Virus record (IMG/VR): IMGVR_UViG_3300037486_000467
Location: 19,641 to 83,640 of that record
DNA: 64,000 bases
Reading direction: 5' to 3' (one strand)
Source of the DNA: a virus
Every line of letters starts with the position of its first letter. Position 1 is the stretch's first letter. The notes under the pieces are model-generated. The model was not told the DNA's origin, did no database searches, and saw only the letters and a list, made by a program, of their open reading frames with translations. This document shows positions 19,388 to 28,844 of this stretch, in pieces. Position numbers and translations under genes: made by a program.

Positions 19388-20011
19388 ATGAAAAAAGAAG
19401 ATGAAAAATCTGCTAGTGTTCTTACTGTAGTAAAAGATAATACAGAAAATACCAAAGAAGTAAATAAGCCTACGCCCGAAGAAGCTGCGCAGTTTAAAGA
19501 AGAATTTGAAAAATCAGCCGAAGCATTTAAAACAACTAAATGGGAAATTAGCGAAAAAGGAAAATTTGGAGCTAACGATGTAGGAATGTTTATAATGGAT
19601 TTTATGAAAAAATTTGCATTTTGGACAAAAACTGGCTGGATGGGAATGCTAAAGATGACCGAAGAATTAAATAAAGCTATGAATTTAGTTGATGAAAATA
19701 CGGGTCTTCAATTAGAATATCAAGCACTTGAATTTTTAGCATATATGTTGTCAAATCCTGGAAATACAGGATTAGATGCAGCTATTGAATTTGAACAAAT
19801 AGCAGATAAATATTCTAAAATTGGAATAGTTATTGGAACAAAACTTGAAGAGGCGCGAAAACAATTAAAAGATCTTCAATATCTTCAAGAAAAATGGGCT
19901 GCTGCTGAACAGGGATATTATCTTGCAGAACTTGAGCCTAAAAAAGAAGAAAAATTAGAAGGAAACGCAGTGGAAATTGATATATCTAAAAAAGAAGAAA
20001 AACCCGAATAA
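19388..20011 (+). CDS. Hypothetical protein
   Basis: 207-aa ORF with upstream AAAACT-N16-ATAAAA and downstream terminator. Confidence 0.6.
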   Translation: MKKEDEKSASVLTVVKDNTENTKEVNKPTPEEAAQFKEEFEKSAEAFKTTKWEISEKGKFGANDVGMFIMDFMKKFAFWTKTGWMGMLKMTEELNKAMNLVDENTGLQLEYQALEFLAYMLSNPGNTGLDAAIEFEQIADKYSKIGIVIGTKLEEARKQLKDLQYLQEKWAAAEQGYYLAELEPKKEEKLEGNAVEIDISKKEEKPE

Positions 20012-20031
20012 CCTTTTATATATTTCATTTT

Positions 20032-20058
20032 AAGAGGCCCAAAACTTGGGCCTCTTTT
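20032..20058 (+). terminator. Intrinsic terminator overlapping the next promoter
   Basis: AAGAGGCCCA-aaact-TGGGCCTCTT hairpin with T tail. Confidence 0.7.
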
Positions 20059-20110
20059 GATAATATAAATATAAATATCTAGAGATATATAAAAACAAAA
20101 GACACTAATT

Positions 20111-20455
20111 ATGGCACTTACACCTCAACAATTCTTTGAACGTTATGCTAAATGGCTATTACTTGTATTTATAGCTTTATTTTTATTTAAATCTGTACAA
20201 AGTTGTAATAGAAACATGAAATTAACAATAGATTCAAAAAAATATACACATGAAATCGATTCTTTAAAGACTTTAAACCAAAATTCTTTAGATAGTATCA
20301 AAAAACTTAATTTTGAATTAGAAATTGCATCAGAAAAAGCTAAATCTGCAAATGATAGAGCGGTTGCCGTTCAAAGTGCAGTTGAAAAGATGCGAACAAA
20401 TACAACTATTACTGTTAAAGGTGCAGAACAAATTAAAGACACAACAAAAAGATAA
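20111..20455 (+). CDS. Membrane-anchored coiled-coil protein, spanin-like or lipoprotein-like
   Basis: N-terminal TM helix ending VQSC, then coiled coil. Confidence 0.45.
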   Translation: MALTPQQFFERYAKWLLLVFIALFLFKSVQSCNRNMKLTIDSKKYTHEIDSLKTLNQNSLDSIKKLNFELEIASEKAKSANDRAVAVQSAVEKMRTNTTITVKGAEQIKDTTKR

Positions 20456-20775
20456 TGAATTATAATAAAGAAAATATTTGTTCTTTTTGTGATGGAACCA
20501 AGGGTTGGACATTTATTCATGATAATGATCCTTCTAGAGGTCCTGTTTTTCATCCGTGTTATTGTGAAGATGGAACGCGTGTAGGACAATTAATTAGTGA
20601 TCTCGCAATTCAAAAATTACAGAATGAACAAATATATGATGATTATAATCAACTTCGACAATGGGTGGAAAAAACTTCAACATGCAAAACGTGTAAAGGA
20701 GATCAGTATAGTATTCCAGGCGGAACTCTTTGCTCTGAATGCAGATTGCCCGGATTACAACCATGGGGAGGATAA
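20455..20775 (+). CDS. Cys-rich zinc-finger-like protein
   Basis: CSFC..G, CYC, CKTC.G and CSEC motifs. Confidence 0.55.
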   Translation: MNYNKENICSFCDGTKGWTFIHDNDPSRGPVFHPCYCEDGTRVGQLISDLAIQKLQNEQIYDDYNQLRQWVEKTSTCKTCKGDQYSIPGGTLCSECRLPGLQPWGG

Positions 20776-20795
20776 ATAAATAAAATAAATAAAGA

Positions 20796-22010
20796 ATGAA
20801 ATTAGGAAATCTTAAAATTACGAATAAAGGTCTTTATTGGGGATTGATAATCACCTTTTTCTTGATATACATTTGCGTAGGCTTTGTATCAACATTGCAT
20901 GCTATTACTTTTTTTCAAATGGCAAATACTATGGGACTGGCAGTTCTATTAGCTCTTGCATTTGAAGTTGGTCAAAGCTCAGTATTGTTTTCAATATTAA
21001 TGACAAAAAACAAAGAAAAATTTCTGCCATGGTTTTTAATGGTTCTATTAACAGGATTGCAAATAACCGGTAACGTTTTTTCTTCATTTAAACATATAAT
21101 GACATCAGGAAGTTTAGATTGGCAATATTTTCAAAAATCTATTCTTTTTGGAGTTCAGGCTTCAAATCCTGAAATGTATCAAGTTATAATATCTTGGTTG
21201 CAAGGCGCTCTTTTACCCGTTGTTGCTCTTGGACTTACAGCATTGGTTGCACAAAATATTAATATATTAATTCCGCATGAAGAGGAGGAAAAAAAGCTTA
21301 AAGAAATTATACCCGAAATAGATGAAACGCCTGAAGATTCTCCCGAAACGCCGATGGTTGAAAAAGTAGTTTTTAAATCTCCAGGAATACCTAGAGTTGA
21401 AAAAGGAGGTGAAACAATAAATTTTACACCGGTTGAATCAACTATTGCCTCTGCACTTGGAATAGATGCTGAAGAAGAAATGAAAAATTACAGAGTTGCT
21501 GATTTAGCTGATAAAGAACTAATGAATAATGAACAAGATGATGAATTTGTCGATTCTTATTTGGTTTCACTTCAAGAAGAATCTCCGCAAGAAATAAATG
21601 TATTACCAGAAGAACCTAAAATAGAAGAAAAAAAAACTGATGTAAGAGGAAAAAGGCCTCCACTTAGTATGCGTGAAATTATACAGCAAGTTGCAGATAG
21701 GGGCGGAGCAGGCGATTTAACAAAATTATTAGCTGGAAATATACAGCCAGAGAAAGAAGAACAAGAATTAAATGAAGTAGTTGAATTAAAAAAAGAAAAG
21801 GAATCTTTGCTAAAAGAGGACGTAAAGGTTCCGCAAGAAAACACAAAGTCTCTAAAGAAATTAACAATAAATGACGAAAAACAAAAAAATACTTCTCAAC
21901 TTCAAAAAATTTACGCACAGATAGCAAAAGAACATTTAGATGATGATATAGAAGGCGTAGAAATAATAGATGGCGAAGCTATTCCTAAATCAAACGTAAA
22001 AAAAAAGTAA
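20796..22010 (+). CDS. Four-TM membrane protein with long acidic tail
   Basis: Four hydrophobic helices in the first 160 aa, then E/P/K-rich disordered region. Confidence 0.65.
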   Translation: MKLGNLKITNKGLYWGLIITFFLIYICVGFVSTLHAITFFQMANTMGLAVLLALAFEVGQSSVLFSILMTKNKEKFLPWFLMVLLTGLQITGNVFSSFKHIMTSGSLDWQYFQKSILFGVQASNPEMYQVIISWLQGALLPVVALGLTALVAQNINILIPHEEEEKKLKEIIPEIDETPEDSPETPMVEKVVFKSPGIPRVEKGGETINFTPVESTIASALGIDAEEEMKNYRVADLADKELMNNEQDDEFVDSYLVSLQEESPQEINVLPEEPKIEEKKTDVRGKRPPLSMREIIQQVADRGGAGDLTKLLAGNIQPEKEEQELNEVVELKKEKESLLKEDVKVPQENTKSLKKLTINDEKQKNTSQLQKIYAQIAKEHLDDDIEGVEIIDGEAIPKSNVKKK

Positions 22011-22079
22011 AAATGAAATTAGAAAAATCTGGTATCCATATTAACCCCGGAGAACATCAAAATTTTGATAGAATTTAAG

Positions 22080-22102
22080 AAGGAGCGTAAGCTCCTTTTT
22101 TA
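22080..22102 (+). terminator. Intrinsic terminator
   Basis: AAGGAGC-gtaa-GCTCCTT followed by T-run. Confidence 0.75.
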
Positions 22103-22128
22103 TTGAAATATATAAAATAAAATAATAG

Positions 22129-23025
22129 TTGAAATTAGTCAGAGAACATATTAATGAAGAACAAATAGACGAAATGTTAATATTTTTAATAAGTTCGCCT
22201 AGTTTAAATGAATCATTAAATGAATCTATAAATTTAGATAAAATAAAAAATATTGTAAATAAAATAAAAGATAAAAGCAAAGCTTTTTATACTATAATAC
22301 AAAAATTCAATGATACAAAAGATGAAAAAATAAAAAACTATTTTGCAATTGTTTTAACAATTTTAGTTTTAAGTTTACCTTCAATAAATATACAGAATCC
22401 AAATATACAAGAAATATCTAATGAAATTTCAAAAAGAAAAACAATTACGCCTTTAGATGTAAATAAAATAATAAATCTACCCATATTTAGTTTAGAGCTT
22501 TCAAAACAAAAATTAATAAAAATAGACAATCCTATAAATATTGAAAAAGCACATATTTCAGAAGATACTAAGCAATTAATAAAAGAACACGAAAAATTAA
22601 AATTAAAAGCATATTCAATTGGCGATGGAATGATTACAATAGGTTGGGGGCATGCTGAACCATTAAATTCTTCTACATATAAAATAGGACATACTATATC
22701 TAAAAAAGAAGCTGATATATTATTTCAAAAGGATTTAAATAAAATAGAAAACGGAGTTAAGCGTATATTTTATCAATGGGAACAAGAAGGAAAGAATATT
22801 AAAATGACTCAAGGAATGTTTGATTCTATGGTGTCTTTAGGATATAATATAGGAATAAGTGGATTAAGAAAAACTGAATTCATACAACATGTTAAAAATA
22901 ATGATATTCTTGCTGCTGCCGAAAAAATAAAAACAACGAAAATAAATTCTAAATTTCCAGGATTAAAAGACAGAAGACAAAAAGAACATGAATTATTCAT
23001 AAAAGATTTAAATTTTAATGAATAA
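22129..23025 (+). CDS. GH24 lysozyme with N-terminal head-protein-type leader
   Basis: IKEHEKLKLKAY..GDG..TIGWGH, FDSMVSL.YN.G and GL..RR..E..LF motifs; TTG start (M)KLVREHINEE. Confidence 0.88.
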   Translation: MKLVREHINEEQIDEMLIFLISSPSLNESLNESINLDKIKNIVNKIKDKSKAFYTIIQKFNDTKDEKIKNYFAIVLTILVLSLPSINIQNPNIQEISNEISKRKTITPLDVNKIINLPIFSLELSKQKLIKIDNPINIEKAHISEDTKQLIKEHEKLKLKAYSIGDGMITIGWGHAEPLNSSTYKIGHTISKKEADILFQKDLNKIENGVKRIFYQWEQEGKNIKMTQGMFDSMVSLGYNIGISGLRKTEFIQHVKNNDILAAAEKIKTTKINSKFPGLKDRRQKEHELFIKDLNFNE

Positions 23026-23048
23026 ATAAATAAAATAATTATGTAAAT

Positions 23049-24065
23049 ATGGCAGATTTATTTAATAATACATCCAATGATTATATTAACCCTACTTTAA
23101 ATCCTTGCCCTGGCGCCGGTGATGGTGGTGCATCTGGTACATTTGAATTTTTACCCGGTCAAGAAGTAGGAGTAATATCTGGAAGTGATATTGTAACATC
23201 AATGGGATTAGGAGATATATCTGTACCTGTAGATGGTTGGACTAACCAATCAAAAATATTACAATCAGGAGAAGTAATATTCATTCCTGGATTAACAAAA
23301 GGCATTTCATATAGATATCAAAGTTTTCCGTTTGATGGTTCTGTATTATATACTAATACAAATCACTCATTCTATTTAGCAGTAGATATGTCAATTAATT
23401 ATTATAGAAATTTTAGATACTATGAAGATGCAATACATGCAGAAGCTAATTTAACAAATGGAATAACTATTGAAAATGCTCTACAAATTGCGTTAGATGC
23501 TAAATTAATAAATGTCACTACTACATATGATGCAAGTGGTTTAACATTTATAGGAACTGCCTTAGGATATTCTTATGATATAACTGCATTAGACGTTAGT
23601 CTTTTTCAATATAATTCATTAACAAGAGAAACTTTGGCAGAAGATGCATCAGTTGCAATTCCGGCATTTAAATATCCTAATGGAGCGATGTTGGGATATG
23701 TGTTAAAAGCAACGTATCCTTCAACCGTTGAAGATTATGAATCGTATATCGAAATAAATCACGTACCTGATAGTTTAGTTTATTATGAAGTAAGCACTGG
23801 AGGATGTTATTCAAGATATGAAAAATTAGTTGACGTTGGATTAAATAGTGGTTTGCTTTGTGTAGGTAATACAACTGTAATGAGTGCGGCGGATTATCTT
23901 ACATATGTTGAAGAAAATAGTTTATGGGAAAAAGTAGGAGTTATTAGAATTTGGTTAACTGCGACTGATCCCGATAATTCATTAATTGAAAATTTAATTA
24001 CTGGATTTTATATTTATAATCCACATACATTTCCTGTACAAATATCATATATGATAATATTATAA
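23049..24065 (+). CDS. Putative virion structural protein (beta-rich)
   Basis: 338 aa, S/T/G/Y-rich, repeated DxS motifs. Confidence 0.5.
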   Translation: MADLFNNTSNDYINPTLNPCPGAGDGGASGTFEFLPGQEVGVISGSDIVTSMGLGDISVPVDGWTNQSKILQSGEVIFIPGLTKGISYRYQSFPFDGSVLYTNTNHSFYLAVDMSINYYRNFRYYEDAIHAEANLTNGITIENALQIALDAKLINVTTTYDASGLTFIGTALGYSYDITALDVSLFQYNSLTRETLAEDASVAIPAFKYPNGAMLGYVLKATYPSTVEDYESYIEINHVPDSLVYYEVSTGGCYSRYEKLVDVGLNSGLLCVGNTTVMSAADYLTYVEENSLWEKVGVIRIWLTATDPDNSLIENLITGFYIYNPHTFPVQISYMIIL

Positions 24066-24066
24066 A

Positions 24067-24711
24067 ATGAAATTAGTAAAGGAACACTTAAATCAATATT
24101 ATTTAAAATTCACAAATACAGGTGATCCTGTACATGATATGGGTATAGGAATTGAATCTCAAATTAAAGATTGGTTAGCTCAATATAATATTCATCAATA
24201 TGCTTTAACTAAGAAATTTTCAATAAATGTATATACTTCTATAGATTTTTCGAATAAATCTATAAAGCAATTTCCTGATTATATAAAATTTAATCATATA
24301 ATAGGAGGATTTCATTGTGAACACAGTGATCTAATTTCATTAAAAGGCGGTCCTTATAGTGTTACTGGATCTTTTCTCGTTCGATATAATAATTTAAAAA
24401 ATTTAATAAATGGGCCAGTTTCGGTTAAAGGTATATATAGTATAAGTTATAATGGAACAGAATCATTAGAAGGTTTAGCTAAATTTATAGAAGGCGCGGT
24501 ATATCTTAGTCATAATAATTTAAAATCATTAGAAGGCGTGCCAAAAATAATTAAAGGCGAATTTGCAATACACGATAATCCAATAAAAACATTAAAATAT
24601 TTTCCTGAAGAAGTAGAGGGAGATGTAACTTTTTCGCCTTCCGATATTATAACAAAAGAGAAAATATTAAATATATGCAAAGTTGGCGGAGAAATAAAAG
24701 AATATAATTAA
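24067..24711 (+). CDS. Tagged LRR-like repeat protein
   Basis: MKLVKEHLNQYYLKFTNTGDPVHDMGIG followed by ~22-aa L.SL.G.P..V.G.F....N repeats. Confidence 0.75.
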   Translation: MKLVKEHLNQYYLKFTNTGDPVHDMGIGIESQIKDWLAQYNIHQYALTKKFSINVYTSIDFSNKSIKQFPDYIKFNHIIGGFHCEHSDLISLKGGPYSVTGSFLVRYNNLKNLINGPVSVKGIYSISYNGTESLEGLAKFIEGAVYLSHNNLKSLEGVPKIIKGEFAIHDNPIKTLKYFPEEVEGDVTFSPSDIITKEKILNICKVGGEIKEYN

Positions 24712-24725
24712 AAAAATAGAAATAT

Positions 24726-26624
24726 ATGAATAGTTATTATCCATTACTAGAAGATTTTTTGACAAAAATTAACGAAGATGCTACTAAAGAACAAGTGGCA
24801 AAAGCAGTTGCAATTCCAAGACTTGAAGATCAGAAGGAAGTTACTTCACCTAATACAGGAAAGGTTATTAATATAAAAAAAGTTATGGCAGATATGGATG
24901 CTGCTAAGTATAAAATAGTTACACAATCTCCACTTTATCGTCCATATGTTCATGAATTTGATCCAATAATTTATACTTGGTATGTTCCAACTATGGCTAC
25001 TGATGGAGTTAGATTATTTGTTAATCCAGAATTTGCAGATAGTCTTAGCTGGATGGGAAAGGTATTTGTTTTAATCCATGAAATTATGCACTGTATTCTA
25101 ATGCACATGGAAAGGGGTCAAGGATTTGATAATAGATTATTTAATATAGCAGGTGATTTGGAAATCAACACAATAATAGTTGATACAACTGATGATTTTG
25201 ATGAAAAATTTGTTAAAGAAGAAATTCAGGGATTATACGATAAAAAATATTTAAATATTCCAGTTGAACAAATTTATCATGATATTGAAAAAAATATGCC
25301 CAAATTGCCGCCTCCACCACCAGGAGCTGGCCAGGGACAAGGCCAGGGTCAAGGACAAGGCCAGGGCCAAGGGCAAGGACAAGGCCAAGGGCAAGGACAA
25401 GGGCAAGGACAAGGCCAGGGTAAAGGAAAAGGAAAGGGAAAGGGACAAGGTCAGGGACAAAATGAAATTGGAGTAGGAACCAAAGTTAAAATTAACGCAA
25501 CGGGACAGAAGGGTGTAGTTAAACAGATTAATCCCGATGGAACTTATGAAGTAGATATCATTAATGAGAGCTTTTATCCAAAATTAATTAACGAAGGATA
25601 TCAAAAATCTGAATTAACTCCTCTTAGTGATGCTGGAAAAGGCGAAAGCGGCAGCGGCGGCGGAGATGGCAGCGAAGCAGAAAAAGATGCAAAATCAGGA
25701 GAAGGCGGCGGAAATCAAGTAATAGATAAGCAAAAAGAAAAAGAAATGAAAGGAAAAAATAAAGCAGCAGATACATCTGGGCCATCTGCTGCTGAAGAAA
25801 TGGATGCTACTGGTAGAGCTCTTAAAAAGAAAACTGAATATGCAGATCAAGGAAGAGCTGGAGGAATTATAGACAAAAGAACGGGAGAAGAAATAGCTAG
25901 AGCTTCTGGTTATGATCCAGAAGAAATAAATGCTGGTGAAGATGGTAGATCTAAATGGGAAGCTAATGCAAGAGAGATTGTTAAAACATTAGAAAAACAA
26001 AAACAAGCTGGAAGTGGTAGAGGAGATGCTTTAATTAATAGATTAGGAAAAATACTTAAAGGAACTTCTAATTGGAGATCATTATTAAAGGCGTATGTAG
26101 GTACAGCACTATCTGCTGAAAAAGAATATAGAATAGGCGCCAAAAAGCATTTATATAAAAGTGATGAATATCTAAAAAGAGGTCTTAAAGTAAAAAAGGA
26201 CGCTATGAAAAAGGTTGTTATATGTGTGGATGTATCAGGCTCTATGTTTGGAGGAAATACCTTTGAAAAAGTAATTGGAGAAGTAAATGATATAATATTT
26301 GCAAAAAAAATAAAAGAAATTACTATCATATTCTTTGATGATGGAGTAGATCCAGGTTCTGTACAAAAAGTTAAACAAGGAATAAAAGTTTGGAAACCTA
26401 AAGCAATTAAGGGTGGAGGCGGAACAAATTTTCAAAAACCATTAGATTGGATACATGATAATTATAAAGATGCCATTAATCTTTGTATTTTTTTAACTGA
26501 CGGATATGCATCTAATCCTTCTAGGCCTAAATATGCAAATAAATTTATTTGGGTAATATACGATAATTTTAATTGGGAAGCTCCATTTGGAAAAGTTATA
26601 AAAACGTCAATAGGCGATATGTAA
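24726..26624 (+). CDS. DUF2201-type metallopeptidase (HExxH) plus vWA domain protein
   Basis: TMATDG, HEIMH, FNIAGDLEIN; GQ linker; MIDAS DVSGS, GGGGTNF, FLTDG. Confidence 0.88.
   Translation: MNSYYPLLEDFLTKINEDATKEQVAKAVAIPRLEDQKEVTSPNTGKVINIKKVMADMDAAKYKIVTQSPLYRPYVHEFDPIIYTWYVPTMATDGVRLFVNPEFADSLSWMGKVFVLIHEIMHCILMHMERGQGFDNRLFNIAGDLEINTIIVDTTDDFDEKFVKEEIQGLYDKKYLNIPVEQIYHDIEKNMPKLPPPPPGAGQGQGQGQGQGQGQGQGQGQGQGQGQGQGQGKGKGKGKGQGQGQNEIGVGTKVKINATGQKGVVKQINPDGTYEVDIINESFYPKLINEGYQKSELTPLSDAGKGESGSGGGDGSEAEKDAKSGEGGGNQVIDKQKEKEMKGKNKAADTSGPSAAEEMDATGRALKKKTEYADQGRAGGIIDKRTGEEIARASGYDPEEINAGEDGRSKWEANAREIVKTLEKQKQAGSGRGDALINRLGKILKGTSNWRSLLKAYVGTALSAEKEYRIGAKKHLYKSDEYLKRGLKVKKDAMKKVVICVDVSGSMFGGNTFEKVIGEVNDIIFAKKIKEITIIFFDDGVDPGSVQKVKQGIKVWKPKAIKGGGGTNFQKPLDWIHDNYKDAINLCIFLTDGYASNPSRPKYANKFIWVIYDNFNWEAPFGKVIKTSIGDM
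25330..25460 (+). repeat. (GQ)n/(GK)n coding low-complexity repeat
   Basis: ggNcaR hexamer tandem. Confidence 0.9.
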
Positions 26625-26661
26625 AAAGAATATATAAAATAAAAATAATAAATTAAATATT

Positions 26662-28320
26662 ATGAAAAAATTAGTTCCAGAATCAATTGAAGAGTCTTTA
26701 CAGATACTTAAAAGAGAAAATTTAAATGAAAGTACAATTGGCCAATGGTTTAATACAGCAAAAGACCTCGTTAAAGGCATGTTCAAGAAAGTAGGAAATT
26801 TCTTTGTAGCATTTTTTAAAGATAAAGAAATACCTGCTATGGTACCAGTAAATATTGGAATAATGTATAAAGATGGCAATTTACCAAAATGTGTTAATTA
26901 TGTTCCAAGTGCTGAAGATATCCAACTTGAGCCAGCTTTAGCTAAATATAAAAGCGGCGCTGCTATATTAAATAGAGTTAAAAAAGATTATCAAGAAGCT
27001 GCGGCTAGAAATAAGTCAAGAAAAAAAATATCAGAATCACTTATTACAATAAAAAAACTTGATGAAGAAACTGTACCATTGAAATATTCTGAAGAAGATA
27101 AAGTTAAAAATGTTAACTCTGATTTTCTTATTAAAAGATTACAATTACAGGTAAAAAATCCAAAACTTATGCCGCCTTGTATTTGGGGTGCGCCCGGTAT
27201 CGGAAAAACGGCTATAACTAAAGGTGTTATTAATGCACTAGGACCTGGCCATAGAATAATTGATGTTCAAACTTCTAAAATGATGCCAGATGATTGGGCT
27301 CTTCCTTCAATTTATAAAACAGTTACCCCTGAAGGAAAAGAACATATTGAAGCTAGAGATCTTCCAAAAAATTGGCTTCCAACCTGGGAACCAACTAAGC
27401 CTTCTGATCCAGAAGAAGATGCAAGAAGAGATGACGTTGCAAATGATGGTAACGGGGGCATAATTTTTCTTGATGAAATATCAAGAGCTTCTACAGAAGT
27501 TCAAAATACTTGTTTAAAACTTGTTGATGAAAGAATTATCGGTGATAGAAAATTAGGAAGTAAATGGGCTGTAGTAGCTGCATCTAACAGAACTACTGAT
27601 GATCCAGAAGGCGGCCAAACTGCAATGGGTTCAGCGCTTGCAAACCGTTTTCAACATTGGAATTTTGTTCCTACAGTAGATGAATGGATTGCATGGGCTA
27701 AAGGAGTAAATATTGATGATAGAATAACCACATTTGTTGATTTTAATAGAGACCATTTTTATCTATTCGATAATCAATCAAAACTTAATACAACGCCGCG
27801 TACATGGGAAGCTCTTTCAAAAATGTTAGCAGAATGTCAAAATTATGGAGATATTATATTTTCAAAATCAGATATTGAAACTATTGTTGGCGGACAAATT
27901 CATCCAAAAACTACAGAACAGTTAATGGCGTTTTTGGTTCTTATTGAAACATTTAAACCAGAAGAGATAAAAATGATATTTACTAATCCTGCAAAGGCTC
28001 CAAAACCAAAGGCAAAAGGATCTGGATTTGATATTCCTCAAGCGAATGCATTAATCGGAGCAGCTTGTTCACAATCAAAAGACATGAAATTATCAGCAGA
28101 ACAACTTGAAAATTATGTTCAATATTGGGTAAATTTAGGCGATGCTTCATTGGCCGCTAAAGCATTATGGCTTATTGTAGAAACGCATCCTTATATACAT
28201 GAACAAACCGGCGACATAAAAGATGGCAAACATGATAAATACTTGAAAGCAATGAATATATTTAGAACAGCATTCGGAAAAATTAAATTTGGAAAAAGAG
28301 AGGATGTAATGGGAGCATAA
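26662..28320 (+). CDS. MoxR-like AAA+ ATPase with N-terminal extension
   Basis: Walker A GAPGIGKT, Walker B IFLDE, AASN sensor, SALANRF, TPRTWE. Confidence 0.9.
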   Translation: MKKLVPESIEESLQILKRENLNESTIGQWFNTAKDLVKGMFKKVGNFFVAFFKDKEIPAMVPVNIGIMYKDGNLPKCVNYVPSAEDIQLEPALAKYKSGAAILNRVKKDYQEAAARNKSRKKISESLITIKKLDEETVPLKYSEEDKVKNVNSDFLIKRLQLQVKNPKLMPPCIWGAPGIGKTAITKGVINALGPGHRIIDVQTSKMMPDDWALPSIYKTVTPEGKEHIEARDLPKNWLPTWEPTKPSDPEEDARRDDVANDGNGGIIFLDEISRASTEVQNTCLKLVDERIIGDRKLGSKWAVVAASNRTTDDPEGGQTAMGSALANRFQHWNFVPTVDEWIAWAKGVNIDDRITTFVDFNRDHFYLFDNQSKLNTTPRTWEALSKMLAECQNYGDIIFSKSDIETIVGGQIHPKTTEQLMAFLVLIETFKPEEIKMIFTNPAKAPKPKAKGSGFDIPQANALIGAACSQSKDMKLSAEQLENYVQYWVNLGDASLAAKALWLIVETHPYIHEQTGDIKDGKHDKYLKAMNIFRTAFGKIKFGKREDVMGA

Positions 28321-28844
28321 TGAATATTATAAGAGAAAATATAGTTAAAGAAGGCTACGGAGCTGGATTTTCATTTAGTAGTGGAAGTGGATTTCGTGGA
28401 GGAATGGGAAGTACATCTCGCGGAGGATTTGGTGGCGCCAGTAATTTAGGCGGGCCTAATTTAATGTATACTTATGAAATAAAACCCCTTAATCATACAT
28501 TAGAGCAAGTACCTTCTATATACAATAATGACGAATCTCAAATACAAATAGGATCGGTTGTTATAGGAGAACCTGTATTATCAAATGCAACACCCGAAAA
28601 AAAGAAAATTAAAGGTGTTGTTCATAAAATTGCGATAACTGATGGTGGCGCTATAAAATATTATATTGTTCAAGATGAAGCAACACAAAATAGTGTAAAA
28701 TTAGATCCTTTATCTGTACGCTTAATTATTCATGAGCCTGTTGAATATTATTTTGATTCAACAGACGCCAATCTTAGTAAAAGAAAGGAAAAAATTAGAA
28801 TTGCAGCTAAAGAAAGAAAAATAGTTAGAGAATCTATATGTTAA
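28320..28844 (+). CDS. Hypothetical protein, Gly-rich N-terminus and SH3-like domain
   Basis: 174-aa ORF coupled to the AAA gene; leader-like MNIIRENIVKE. Confidence 0.6.
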   Translation: MNIIRENIVKEGYGAGFSFSSGSGFRGGMGSTSRGGFGGASNLGGPNLMYTYEIKPLNHTLEQVPSIYNNDESQIQIGSVVIGEPVLSNATPEKKKIKGVVHKIAITDGGAIKYYIVQDEATQNSVKLDPLSVRLIIHEPVEYYFDSTDANLSKRKEKIRIAAKERKIVRESIC

